Positions 11,628-24,860 are shown, counted from the whole stretch's first letter. The stretch: 63,770 nt of DNA, filler included, from Reclinomonas americana ATCC 50394 (GCA_048213135.1; 14 parts of 14 records of this genome joined end to end with filler, not necessarily neighbours in it); one strand, 5' to 3'. Made by a program: numbers and translations. The notes: generated by a model from the sequence alone, not told the origin.

Positions 11628-13525
11628 CGAATCATCTTGTGCAGCGCAAAACCACGATCGATAATGAGACTCGGCGGCGACAGCACGCTCATAAAGTCGT
11701 ACATCTCCTTGTCCATCAACCAGAAGGCCTGCACAAGGAGTCAGCATGCAAGGAGTCAGCAGGCAAGAGAGGAGATGAAACGCACACGCACACACACACA
11801 AACACACACACACACACAAACACACACACGCGCAACTATTGTCTTGTCGCCGACCAGCGCTTGGTCGTGTGACTCGGCGTAGGCCACCACCTTCTCCTTG
11901 AAGCGTCGATTCGTCAGCGTGTGCACAATGTTGCCCATGTTCCACTCCTCGTCCTTGAACTCCTTCATTAATTGGATCCACTTGTCGGGGATCGCCATGC
12001 CAAGGCGGTAGTCGAAGCCGACGCCACCCTCGGGAATCGGTCTGCACAATCCGGGCATGCCGCTCACGTCTGCGCGTTCACGTTCTTTTCAATAAACGAA
12101 GCGTCACACCCACACAGATGTACAAATAAAGAAATCACGCAACCCTCGGCAATCGTCAGCGCGTCGGCCTTCAGCGAGTGAATCAGATCGTTCGCCAGCA
12201 TGAGGTAGACCACGGAGTCGTCGTCGGACATTGCTCCAAAGTAGTCGTCGTAGGAGGTGAACGCGTGTCCCATTCCGTGGTGCTTGTACAGCATGGAGGT
12301 CACTCCGTCGAAGCGGAAGCCGTCGAATTTGAACTCGTCCATCCAATACCGCAAGTTGGAGAGCAGGAAACGCAGCGTCTCGTAGTTCAAGTAGTTGAAC
12401 AGGCGACTGGCGGCATTAACAACGCGTGAGTGCTTGGCGACAAGTACATGAGTCATGAATGACGCCCTCCCCGCATACCTGTCCCACAGATCGTGCACGC
12501 CGCGCGGTCCGCCGTGGAAGTAGTGATGATCCGTGCCGTCGTACATGTTGATGCCGTCCTCGACGTTCTTCGAGGCGTGCGAATGTACAATGTCGAGCAG
12601 CACCACGATTCCGCGAGCGTGCGCTTGGTCCACCAGCTCCATCAGTTCTTCGGGGGTGCCTGTGTGTGGCGGGAAGGGAGGGAGAGGGGGAATGAGAGAG
12701 GGAGTGAGAGGGAGGAAAGGGTTGGGAGGAGGGAGAGGGTGAGGGTGAGGGAGAGCGAGAGCGAGAGCNNNNNNNNNNNNNNNNNNNNNNNNNNNNNNNN
12801 NNNNNNNNNNNNTTAATTAATTAANNNNNNNNNNNNNNNNNNNNNNNNNNNNNNNNNNNNNNNNNNNNCAAGAGAACAAGAGAGAGAGAGAGAGATACAA
12901 CAAAAAACGAGAGGGAGAGACAGAAACTGAACACGCAAGGAGCAATTACCAACACGCGCACCATATCGACTGGAGGAGGCGAAAAAGTTGGTCACGTGGT
13001 ATCCAAACGACGCGTAGTACGCGTGTTCCATGATGGCCATCAGTTGGATCGCATTGTATCCCGTCTCGGCAATGTGCGGCAGCACATTGTCAGTGAACTC
13101 GCGATAAGTGTGCACTCGCTGCTCCGAGCCAGCAATGCCCACTGAGACGAGACAAGAGAGATGAGATGAGATGAGAGCATGGAACGAGGGAACCTGACCG
13201 CGGACATACCATGCGCCTCGTAGATGCGCAAGTCGGCGGGCATTGGTGGCGCCGGGTGATGTGGAATGTAGCGCTGCTCCGGCGGCGGGTGCCAAAAGAT
13301 GCCCGTGTACACTGGCTTGTCGGCCTCCTTGATGGCTCGGTTGATGTACGACGGAATGCGGTACACCTTGCGGCCGTCGGGCTTGAGCTCGAAGAGGATC
13401 TGTTGGTGCGGGAGTGGGGTGAGTCGCCAAGGGGAGAAGGAAATCATTCGCTTGCGGTTGAAAAAACGAAACACAAAATACCAAGCGGTGCTGCGTGGAG
13501 AGACGCACTCACTCATTCACACACA

Positions 13526-13562
<37 letters not shown>

Positions 13563-14628
13563 CGTCTCTCGCTCTTCTTCTAACGCGTTCTGTTCTCTTC
13601 CATATGTACCCAAGCAGACAACATGGTCGAACACATGAATACACACGGGCACTTACACTACTACTCAGACAAGCACAAGTTTGCGTGCGAGCGAGCGCGC
13701 TTTCTCTCTTTCGCAGGTGTGCGCGTTTCTCATCACTCGATGTGCAACAAAGTAGACACACGAAGAAAAATTGAACCCACTCCCGCTCTCTCTCTCTCTC
13801 TCTATTCTCTCTCCTCTCTCTCCTCTCCTCTCTCCTCTCCTCTCTCTCATTCCATTCATTGCAACATGTACACATATGACTCGTTTGCGTACCCTTCTAT
13901 CCTTCCTTTCTTCTCTTGCACATGGACAAAGCACGCCCAGATATACACCCTCTCACGGCTCACTCGCTATTGTTCCTCTCTCTCGATTATCATTATCGTC
14001 AGCGTGCACACAGGCACATACACACGACTCACACTTATTCCTTCTCCTCCTTCTCCTCCCACTCTCCTCCCTTCCCTTCACAAACACACACCTTGACTGC
14101 CGTGTTATGAGGGATCGGCGACTGATCACGCACGGTCTCCGGCACAAAACCGCTGCAATGGTGAATTCAGTACCACACGAAATCGTACATTCGTGCACGT
14201 GCACGTGCGGTACGCAACACAAAATGGCCAAACTCGTCACGCTCCGCCACAAACTCCCACTCTCGCCAGTCGTCTGTGGCGGTTAAGCATGAGAAACATT
14301 ACAGCCACACACTCACACAGGAAATAGAAGAAGTGAGAGTGGCGCAACTGAATTCGCCCACCAGGCACGCGCGCTGCGCATTGGGCGCCCACTCGTGGAA
14401 GCGCACGCCACCACGCACACGACGCACGCCGAAATCCTTGTAGGAACGCGCAAAGCGCTTGAGCGAGCCCTCCGCCAGCGCAATGCGCTGCTTCAACGAG
14501 CGATACTTGCACATGCGGCGCACAAACACCGGTCCGTACTTTTCCAGGTACGGATCGTCGCGAATCACTTGCAAGAGGCGGCCACCAGTGGCCATGGACG
14601 AGGGGCGAACCAGGCGGCCCAGCATGCC
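11628..14628 (-). CDS. GBE1: 1,4-alpha-glucan branching enzyme (GH13), multi-exon, 3'-partial
   Basis: Motifs [104 protein letters not shown]. Confidence 0.97.
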
Positions 14629-14921
14629 CTGCGTGGGAGGAGAAGAGTGCGATGAGGAAAGTGCAGGGAAGGCGACAGTGAGAAAGAGAAAGGGTGGGAG
14701 AGTGAAGGAGAAGAAAGGGATGAAGAGGAGTGGGAGGAAAGGAGAGGAAGGAGAAGGAGAAGGAGGAGAAGAAAGGGAATTGAAAAGATGAGAAGGAGAA
14801 AGGAGGAGACAAGCAAAGAGGGTGGAAAGGACAGGCGGCGATAGAGGAGACAGGAGAAAGGGAAGAAGAAAGACAGAGAGAAGGGAGAAAGTAATCGAAA
14901 CGTTTGGTGTGGAAAACAATG

Positions 14922-14924
<3 letters not shown>

Positions 14925-15018
<94 letters not shown>
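14925..15018. repeat. (GA)n microsatellite
   Basis: Pure GA run up to the gap. Confidence 0.95.
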
Positions 15019-15118
15019 NNNNNNNNNNNNNNNNNNNNNNNNNNNNNNNNNNNNNNNNNNNNTTAATTAATTAANNNNNNNNNNNNNNNNNNNNNNNNNN
15101 NNNNNNNNNNNNNNNNNN

Positions 15119-15447
15119 CCACCACTTGCAGAAGCAGAGGGCGACAGAGGCGACGACGACGACATGCCTCCGACATCTCCTCCTCCGCCCACCACTCGAC
15201 TCGCCGACAAGAGCGCCGTCGCCAACGCGTGCGTCACACTCGCCTCCAGCGCCACGTCATCGTCCACATCCGCCTCCTCAAAGTCGTCCTCGTACCAGTC
15301 CTCCGGCAACACACCCGCCGCCGCGTGCTTGCTAATGGTCTCCAGGTACAAGTCGCTCTCGTCATCATCAGCGGTGGCAACTGATGCAGCAGCAGCGGCG
15401 ATGGCAGTGGGGGACGATGATGCAGCGGAGGCAAGTGATGCAGCCAT
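15119..15447 (-). CDS. Ala/Ser-rich acidic coding exon, probably the N-terminal extension of GBE1
   Basis: ATG at 15447 opens MAASLASAASSSPTAIAAAAASVATADDDESDLYLE...; it is on the same strand as GBE1, whose first conserved exon (14628) is preceded by a CAG acceptor. The link crosses a gap. Confidence 0.55.
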
Positions 15448-16169
15448 CTGAGAAAGAGGGAAAGTGAATGCCTTGCTCTTCTCTTTCGCTCTCTTACACA
15501 CACACACACGCGCGCGCGCACGCACACACAGACAGAGAGAGAGAAAAGAGGTGACAAAGGTGCGCGCCTACACAACTCAAGTGTGCGACTAAGACGACTT
15601 CGTGAGGAAAGTGTGTTCTTCTCTCTCTCTCTCTCTTTCACACACACACACACATGTTGTACTTGCTGAGAAAGTGACGACTTAGGCGCGCGCCTAAACA
15701 ACTTAGGCGTCACTTACACTCACACACGCACTCTCTCTCTCTCTCTCTCGCACACACACGCAGAGAGAGAGCACGAGAAAGAGCGACTCTTGCACGACCA
15801 AAGTGCGTGACTTTGATCACACAAGCACACTCACACACTCTCTGCCTCTTGCCCACCCTTGCTCTCCCATCTCCTTCTCTCTCTCTCTCATTACACACAC
15901 GCACACAGACTGTGATCTCACCTTTGTCTGTGCTCCGTCGACAACACGCGAAATATAAAACTTGCGCTGCTCCACTCGAGCTGCGAAGATTCGCGCATGT
16001 CTGCATTTGGTGGTGTGTCGAGGCGTGCCATGCATGATCGGGGAGAATCCGCGCATGTTGTGCGTGCGAGGTGCTTGTGTGCGGGGACAGCAACGCGCAG
16101 CTGTGCGCGGCGTGTGTGGATTCCTCGCGACTGCTGCGATCCGCGGCGTGACTGCTGCAGGCGGAGTTT

Positions 16170-18483
16170 TTACTTGTCGACTGCACCATTGCTGCGTGCG
16201 CGCTGGCGAGCTGCTGTGTTTCTTGCTGGCTTCTGTGGAGGTGCGGCGGCCGTGGCGGTGCTTGATGTCGTTTGTTGCTGTTCGTCGGCGACTGGTGCAG
16301 CGGCGTAAAACGAAGTTGAGGGGCAGATATCAATATCGGATCGCGGGCGCAGCCATTCCAGCAGCCACAGCAGCAACAGGTCCAGTACCGCCATGACAAA
16401 CAGGATTTTGCCGTAAAAGAAGCCATTCACGGAGTAGCTGCGCAGCGGAGAGAGTCAGCGGGTGGAAGAAAATGTCAAAAAAAAAAGCAAGCATTCACAC
16501 GCACCGGCACATGCGCCTCCAGTGTGCGGGGCGCGGTCGTTCGAGCACGGCGCGATACACGGTCTCTGTGCGTTCCGCCACATCGTCCCAGCTGCGAGGG
16601 GCGCGTCAGCAGCAAAACGGGGAGGCGGGGGGGTCAAGAAAAACGGGTGCACCTGTACAGTTTAGCGACCGCCTCATGCATGGCAATGGGGTCGGTGTCG
16701 GGCAGCATTGGAATCACCGACAGAACACCACGAGCGAGATCTGCGCACCAAGAGAGTGTGAGATGAGCGACACACATACGGACTGGCAGCTGCGACAGAC
16801 CGACTGGGTGCGGGTCGGCGAGGGTGACAAGTTCTGGTGGCAGCACCTCCGGCACACCGCCGACATTGGTGGTGACGACGCGCAAGCCCGAGGCCGCCGC
16901 CTCCAAAATGGCGATGCAAAAGGTCTCTGTGAGGGAGCAGTTCAAGAAGATCTGCCCGCGACCGAGCACCTATCGCAAGGACAGTGAGCAAGGCGACGAC
17001 GAGGAGGAGAGGCAAGGAAAATCACAGCCGTGAACCTTGTACACCTCGTCCATCGGCACCTCGCCCAGCAACTCGACGCGATCAAACAGATCGTGCCGCT
17101 CGCGCATCTCCACCAGCGGCAGCATCTTGTCGCCGTCGCCCGCTGCCCGTTGCAAGAAAAAAGTCAGCGCACGAGATGACAGCAAAAGAATGCCTTGCCG
17201 ATAAAGTCGCACCAATGATGAACCGCACACGCCTGTCGGCGGCACAGACCAGCGGAATGGCGGCGGCCAGCAAGTCGGCACCCTTGCGGTACACCACACG
17301 CGTCACCGTCACCACCGTGATGGTGTCGTCGGGTGGATTGGCGCGGCGGCGGGCAACTGTGACGCTAGTGAGCAAAGGAAACGAAGCATGGACACACATG
17401 TGAGTACCTTCCACAGCAGCCAAGCGGAACTGCGACACACTGACGGCGTTGGGGATGACAGAAATGTCGGCGGGTTTGAATGCCGTGCGGATGAGTGCGT
17501 TCTCCTTGCCAACGTGTGACACGCACACCAAGTGGTCCAGGCTGGTGTAGCAGAGCGAGACCAACTGCGAAAACAATGAGATGGAGACGATGAGCAGGCT
17601 GATTCTGTCAACAAACCTTGTTGAGATGCAAGGCGCACGCATCGTGCACGCCAAACAACGAGTGCTCCGTAAAGATCTGCACAACCAACAGAGAGTCTCA
17701 GCACTCAGCCTTCTCTTCCTCCCCTTCCTCATCATACGCCACCGTCTTCAACCCCATCGACTGCGCATGAAAGATCGTCTCCAGTGCCGTGCACGACGTG
17801 ATCTGATGCCCGTGCACCACCTGCACCTGTTCGCGCACGAAAATGTCGCGCACCAGGGAGGTGGTGCCAAAGAACGACGGGAGCGTCACCGGACCGAAGC
17901 CGCAGCGGAAGCACAGGAGCGGGAAGTAGTAGACCTTGAGGCCGCACGACATGTAGCGCACGCCGACGCGGCCGTCGTAGTAGCGACTGATCATGATGAC
18001 CTGGAAGGAGAGGAAGGGAGGTGAGGCAGAGGAGGAGGGAAGGGGGAAGGGGGAAGGGGGAGGAGGGAAGGAGGAGGGAAGGAGGAGAAGAATAAGGAGA
18101 ATAACAACAGAAGAGAAGAAGAAGAACAAAAGGCACGGGAGGGACAAGCAGGGGGGAAAGATGACGAGAAGGACGAGGAAGAGGAACAACAAGAGCAGGA
18201 AGTGGAAGAAGAAGAAGAAGAAGAGGAGGAGGAGGAGGAGGAGGAGGAGGAAGATGTACAAAGGCACGGGATGGAAAAACAGGGGAGCAAGACGATGAGG
18301 AGGACGAGTTGGAGAGGAGCAGAAGAATAGGAACAGGAACAATGAAAGAGAAGAACAAGAAGAAGAGAAGAAGACGGAGGAGGNNNNNNNNNNNNNNNNN
18401 NNNNNNNNNNNNNNNNNNNNNNNNNNNTTAATTAATTAANNNNNNNNNNNNNNNNNNNNNNNNNNNNNNNNNNNNNNNNNNNN

Positions 18484-18518
<35 letters not shown>

Positions 18519-19308
18519 TGAGGGAGGAGGAGGAGGAAGATGTACAAAGGCACGGGATGGAAAAACAGGGGAGCAAGACGATGAGGAGGACGAGTTGGAG
18601 AGGAGCAGAAGAATAGGAACAGGAACAATGAAAGAGAAGAACAAGAAGAAGAGAAGAAGACGGAGGAGGACGAGGAAGACAACGAGGATGGCGATGAGGA
18701 GAAAGAGAAGCAGAAGAAGAGCAAGAAGAAGATAAGAAGGAGGGGGACGAGGAACACGACCAGAAAGGCGAGGAGAAGAAGGATGATGATAATCTGCTGA
18801 AGAACACCGAGAGAAGGAGGAGGAGGAGAAGAAGAAGAAAAAGATAAAGAACAACAAGAAGGAGAACAAGAAGGAGAAGGAGAACAAGAAGGAGAAGGAA
18901 AACAAGAAGGAGAAGCAGAAGAAGAAGAAGAAGAAGAAGAGGAGAAGAAGAAGAAGAAGAAGAAGAAGGAGAAGGATAAAAAGGATAAGAAGAATGAGAA
19001 GAAGACGGAGGAGGACGAGCAAGATAACGAGGAAGGCGAGGAGAAGAAGAAGAAGCAGAAGAAGAACGATGATGATAATCTTGCAGATCAATGCACCAAT
19101 GCACATCCTCCCTCTCTCCTCCCTCCCTCCCCGCACCTACCTTATGCCCCCTCTTCAACAACGCCTGCGCCACACTCCAAATGTGATTCTCCACGCCGCC
19201 CTGATTCGGATAGAAATTATCAGAGCACAGACAGATGCTCAACCGCGTTGCTTTTCGCCTCTGCCGCTGCTGATCATCACCGCACAGGTCGACATCGACC
19301 GCGTCCAT
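16170..19308 (-). CDS. PIGA: Phosphatidylinositol N-acetylglucosaminyltransferase subunit A (GPI3/SPT14), divergent
   Basis: [91 protein letters not shown], then a C-terminal TM segment followed by PRSDIDI. Confidence 0.95.
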
Positions 19309-19551
19309 GATAGGAGAGAGCGACGCAGGTGACAAACAAAAAGAGCGAGCGTGATTGTCGTGTTTGTGTTTTTGTTTGTGATGTTGCCGCCGGTGTCGTC
19401 GGCTTCGTCGGCTGGAGGTGTACACGTGGCGACTACGAAGAGTGGTGGACGGTGAGCGTGTGTGTGAGAGAGAGAGAGAGTGGAGAGAGAGGAAGGGTGA
19501 CTGAGGTTGTACTCTGTCTCTCTCTGTTTCATGCCCACATGCACACTGATG

Positions 19552-19724
19552 CATGCACTGTTCAAGCAAGACAGCTATGTCGCGCATTATCCGTCGCCTA
19601 ACCTTGCATACATGCGCACTCACACAGAGAGAGAGAGAGGCACACACTGATGTACTTTTCAAGCAAGGCGACTCGTTCGCGCATTCTCTGTCGCCTAGCC
19701 TGCTACACACACACGGACACTCAC

Positions 19725-19763
<39 letters not shown>

Positions 19764-20140
19764 TGAGGATGCATCGTACTCTGTCTCTGTTTCATGTGCA
19801 CATGCACACTGAATGCACTGTTCAAGCAAGGCAACTTGGCCGACCATTATCCGTCGCCTATCCTTCTTTCTACACGCAGACACTCACACACACACACACA
19901 TACAGATGCACTGTGTGAGAGCAACACTAGGTCGAGCATTATCCGTCGCCTAGCCTGCTACACACACACGGACACTCACGCACACACATACAGAGATAGA
20001 GAGAGGAAGGGTGACAGAGGATGCATGCGCACTCTCTCTCTCTCTCTCTCTCTCTTTCATGCACACACACACACACATGCGCACATGGATGCACTGTTTG
20101 ATAGCAAGACAACTAGGTTGTACATTATCCATCAACTTCC
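19552..20140. repeat. Five degenerate ~50-bp repeats in a divergent intergenic region
   Basis: atgcactgttcaagcaag...cattatccgtcgccta-like units near 19552, 19650, 19813, 19906 and 20089, spaced by CA/GA tracts. Confidence 0.75.
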
Positions 20141-20242
20141 ATGCGTGCATTCACACTGAGACCGCTGTTGTGCTCTTCTCTTGTGGCCTGACTGTTCGGT
20201 CTACACGTGCATGCAACCTCTCGTCGTTCTACTTGTCCTTGT

Positions 20243-20244
20243 CG

Positions 20245-20282
<38 letters not shown>

Positions 20283-20358
20283 CTTCTTCTTCTTCTTCTT
20301 CTTCTTCTTCTTCTTCTTCTTCTTCTTCTTCTTCTTCTTCTTCTTCTTCTTCTTCTTC
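20243..20358. repeat. Compound (GTT)n(CTT)n microsatellite
   Basis: Direct inspection. Confidence 0.95.
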
Positions 20359-20743
20359 ATTGTCTTCCCTTTCTTCCTGTTGTTCTGCTTCTCTTTCCTC
20401 GTCCTCCTGCTCCTCCTCGTTCTCCTCTTCTCCTTGTCATTCTTGCTGCTTTTTATTTTGCTCTTGTCCTTCTCTTTCGTCCTCTCCTCTGCCTTCTTCG
20501 TCATTGTTCTTCGTCTCCTTCTTCGTTTCTGTCCGTCCATCTTCATCCTTTCCTCCTTCTCTTTCGTCTTCTCCTCCTTTGCATTCATCTTCTTCTCCCT
20601 CTCCTTCGTCTTCTTCACTGCCTTCCCCTTGATCTTCTCCTTGTCGCCCTTTTTCATCTTCTCCTTCTCCTCCTTGCCCTTCCCCTTCACCCTCCTCCCT
20701 CTCTCTTACCCACCCTTCTCTATTGCACAGTCACATTCTCCAG

Positions 20744-23700
20744 CACGCCTCGTTCCCCTCCACATGGACTCCCATCGGCGATCACTCGTCGTCAGCCGAC
20801 GAGGAGAGGGCGAGATGGCAGCCGTCGGCGCTGATGGCACCGCTGTTCGCGTTCTATGCTGTTCCGCCAGGCGTGCACGATGAGAGCGAGCAGGAGGAGG
20901 AGGTGGAGGGATCGGCATCTGCGAACAGTGGATCCGCTGCGGCTTCTGCAGCAACTGCTGCTGCTGACGGCGAGGGAGCTTCGTCGGTCTCTGACGTGGA
21001 CGATGGAGAGAAGAAGGATGTGGAGACGAAAAAGAAGAACGTGTCGGGGGATAACGTGCGGCGACATCGATGTTGAGTGACACTTGGCGTGCGCACTGGT
21101 TTCCAGTCGATTCGCGTTTCTCACGCTGTGAGCTGGCAGTGTTGCTGGGCTACGCCCCCGAGCTAGAAGACTTTGTCGTTCACTCGATCGCGCAGCGATG
21201 GAGTCGAGGCGAGGCTGTGTCAGATGAGACTCTGTGGAGGCTACGACAGTTGCGTCACTCGTCAGGGGAGCGGGTGACTCGTGACCATACCTCCAGGGTC
21301 ACTGTGTACATATTGTCATTTTTCTTGATCCGTCTCCCTTTTGTAATCTCTCCTGTTAATTCCCCCTGTTCCTTCCCCCTGTTCCTTCACCCTTCTCCTT
21401 CCCCCCTGTTCCTTCCTCCCTGTTCCTTCCCCCTTCTCCNNNNNNNNNNNNNNNNNNNNNNNNNNNNNNNNNNNNNNNNNNNNTTAATTAATTAANNNNN
21501 NNNNNNNNNNNNNNNNNNNNNNNNNNNNNNNNNNNNNNNCACTGTCGTCCAAGACCGTCGGCAATGAAAGCGCGGTGACGGCGGCGGCGGTGGAGGAGGC
21601 TGATGTGGTGTGGCGACGCAGCATGCTCGACACGTTGCAGTCGACCAGCGCCTCGAGTGACACATTCTGCTTGCACGTCTACGATGTGGCGCTGCGTGTG
21701 GATCTCACCGGCGCCGCGTCACCCACCTCCCTGCAAGAGTACCTGCGTCAGCTGGCCCTGACGTGCGGAAAGATGGCCGTGGCCTCGGCCGACGCCTCGC
21801 AGGTGTGCACAAGATACCAGTTCATCCCCTCGCCTCTTCGTCACTCACTCAACTCCTCGCCAGTCGGCCAGCTTCTCCCGCACCGCATTCCGCGGCTTCC
21901 ACAAGGAGCCGCAGTTTGTTTCGCTGCTCATTGATCGACCACCGACCTCCCATGCGTCTCGTGGCGGCGGCGGCGGCGGCGGTGGCCGGCTTCCCTTCCA
22001 CTGCCCGATGTACTTTTCCTTCTCGCCGTACGTCGACACCGACAATGCGCGGCGCGTGCGCAGCTGCCGCTACTGGAAGATGCACTCGGTGGTGTTTGAT
22101 CCGAACCAAGACAGTGTCGGCGTCGCTCCCGCGGCGCCACTCTCGTTGCACGCGTACACGCGCATTGGGTCGTCCACTGGCGACGTCGACACGTGGTACT
22201 TGTGTCGGGAGCGCACGGCGAGCCATGATGCGGTGACAAGGGTGCCGCTGCCGAACACCACTGACATTTCACGGTGTGCGTGCTTGGTGGTGTACGAGTT
22301 GGATGAGCGACTTGGTGAGCGCTTGTCACAATCAAGACGGGTTTGCGTCACGGCTGACTCATTGTCGAATACGCGCAGACTGGGTGTCAGAGGTGGACCA
22401 GCCGCCGTCGCTCTTGATCGACGTGGCGTACCACTTCCAGGACCGTGTGGTTACCGTGCAGGTGCCGGCCTCTCTCGATCAGATACTCTCCAGTGTCGCC
22501 CGTGCGGGTGTCAGTCAAGTTGCGTGCGTGTCGTGGCGGAGTGTTGTGCTCGTCACGATACTGAGCGCATTCTCTCTATCATCGCTGGCAGGGCCGTGAG
22601 CAGCTACAGCTTCGCGTGCCTGTTGACTCACTCCGAGTGCTAGCCGTGCTCGATCGCGACGGGCAGCCGGTCGACGACTGCACGCGTGTGTCTGATTACT
22701 GTCTGACGGAGCACGATCGATTAGAGTTGTGGATGCAAGACGATCGGAGCGATTCGCGATTTGTGTCTTCAATCGCCCGCACGGCGGGCATCGACGAGGG
22801 ACTGTTGGTTGCGTCGCTGTCCGTCCTCCCTTACAAAACCCGTGGCGCTCATGATGGAGCGTGACACGCAGTCGCGCTACTCGGCACCGAGCATCAACTT
22901 GCTCGTCAAGTACGAAGCACCCGAGGAGTACGTGGAGAGACGTGTGGTGGTGGCACCACACCATCAGCAGCAGCAACAGCAGCAACAGCAGCTCACTGGT
23001 GGGTCTGGCGCGGCGGCGGCGGCGGCTGCAGCGGCTGTCGCTGCTTCCTCCGCCACGTCATCGTCGGCCGGGAGTGCTGCGGCTGGTGGCGGTGGGGCGG
23101 CGGCTGGCTCTGCGCCGTCGACGCCAACACGAATCGGATCGAGCTCTGATCTCACGATGGAGGATGGCGGCTCTGTTGCCGAGTTGCGTGTGCCGCGAGA
23201 GATCCTGTGAACGTGATCCGCGCACAGTCTCACGTGTGTGTCGCGCAACAGGGAGAGTGCCGCGGGGTCGAAGGCGGGACCTGTGGCCGGCAAGAAGCGA
23301 CCCGCAGAGGCACCTACGGCGGGTGATGAACCGCCGCTGAAAAAGTCGAAAAAGTCCACAGCCACGAACAAATCCGACGGTCGCCCCAAGCGCGTGGCGC
23401 AGCCCGACCTCAAGATGCTGCTCGAATCCAACGTCTTGTGCGTTGGCGATCTGATCGAGTACAAGGGACGACGCGGCTCGATTCTTGCCGACGGTCGCCT
23501 CTCGTACGATCAGGATATTCCTGCGGAGAATGCTGCGCACTTCAAGGTGCGTGTGCACGAGTGAGAGAGAGAAAGAGAGTTCTGTGATTCGCCGCAAATC
23601 TGACTGTCGCGTCGCGTGTCGCAGCTGAAACTTGGCCCGCCGCACGAGGCCGCCTTCTCCACCATGTGCATGCTGGTCGACTGGGAGGACAAGGGCTGGC

Positions 23701-24233
23701 GCGACAAGCCGCCGCACACCAAGCCGTGGGATGTGGAGACGTACTTGGTGGAGACCAAGGGTCCTCTAACTGTGCCCGTGCGCATGCGCAGTGTCCGCGC
23801 GCAGTTTTGTGCGATTACGCCTCGTCTCGCCTCCCTGTCACCAACCTCACGCGCTTTTGTCTGCAGGTTCGTGCGTGACGTGGAGGCCGGCGTGGTGGTG
23901 CCGGGACCGAGCTACATTGCCAAGATCAAGCCGCAGATCGATCAGCTGACGGCCGCCGGCCTCAATGTGCCCCAACTGCACTCTGGCGAAGCCAAGAAGA
24001 AGCCCGTCAAGGGCGCTGGCAGCGGAGGTGGTGCTGGTGGTGGTGGAAAAACAGGGAAGTCTGGCAAGGCTGCTCCGTCGGCCGCTACCGCCAAGGCCGC
24101 CACCTCAACAACGACCACGACAACCACAACAACAGCAACAAGACCAGCAGCTGCTGTGGCACCTGCTATTGTCGATGACCCCATGGATGACCAATTGATG
24201 ATAGACGAGGACATGGGTGATGAGGGATTCTAG
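20744..24233 (+). CDS. Uncharacterised multi-exon nuclear protein: degenerate USP-like region, ubiquitin-like segment, basic NLS, RAMA-like segment; start uncertain
   Basis: GC-rich coding exons with GT-AG borders. Segments YDVALRV..SLQEYL..EPQFVSLLIDR; GQPVDDCTRVSDYCLTEHDRLE; KKRPAE..PPLKKSKK; DLKMLLESNVLCVGDLIEYKGRRGSILADGRLSY. Stop TAG at 24233. Confidence 0.65.
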
Positions 24234-24278
24234 TGATTGAACTCGCGCCATGTGTGAAGAAGGAGGCGTTCACTGTGT

Positions 24279-24817
24279 TTACTTGCGCGCCTTTTGTACA
24301 AGATGAATAATGAGGCCGACGGTAAAGGCCACACCCGCAACGCCGGCGACCTGTGTGTAGTGACGAGCGTGAGTGAGTGAGGGAAAGGAGGGTGAATGAG
24401 AGAGAAAGGAGAGAGTTCGCAACTCCCAGGAACACCCAGCCGGCAATCGGAGTCGGATACTCGCAGCCGTACAAGTAGCTGCGCGTGTCGGTGTCGACCC
24501 TCCAGATGCGGAACAGAGGCGCCTGTGCGAATATATGGTCAGGAGTGCGCTTCGGATGACGCTCTTGGCAGTTTCCAACGCACCGAGCTCAGCATGTTGT
24601 AAGGCAGCGTGTTGCCGACAAAATTCTGCAACTGGTTCGACATGAAGACAATCTTGCGATTCGTGTTGTCGAAGCCTGTGGGGGGTGCGGTGAAAATGCT
24701 GACAGAGGCCACACAGCATCGAGAAGGAAAGAGAGACAGGCGAAAATTGACTTGTCGATTCGAACAGCAGAGAGACAGAATGAGTGAATAGAAGTCATGA
24801 CATGCGCGGGGAAGAAG

Positions 24818-24860
<43 letters not shown>

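Noticed and set aside
18230..18670. ~150-bp direct repeat either side of the 18384-18483 gap
   Set aside because: Most likely overlapping contig ends in a low-complexity PIG-A intron.
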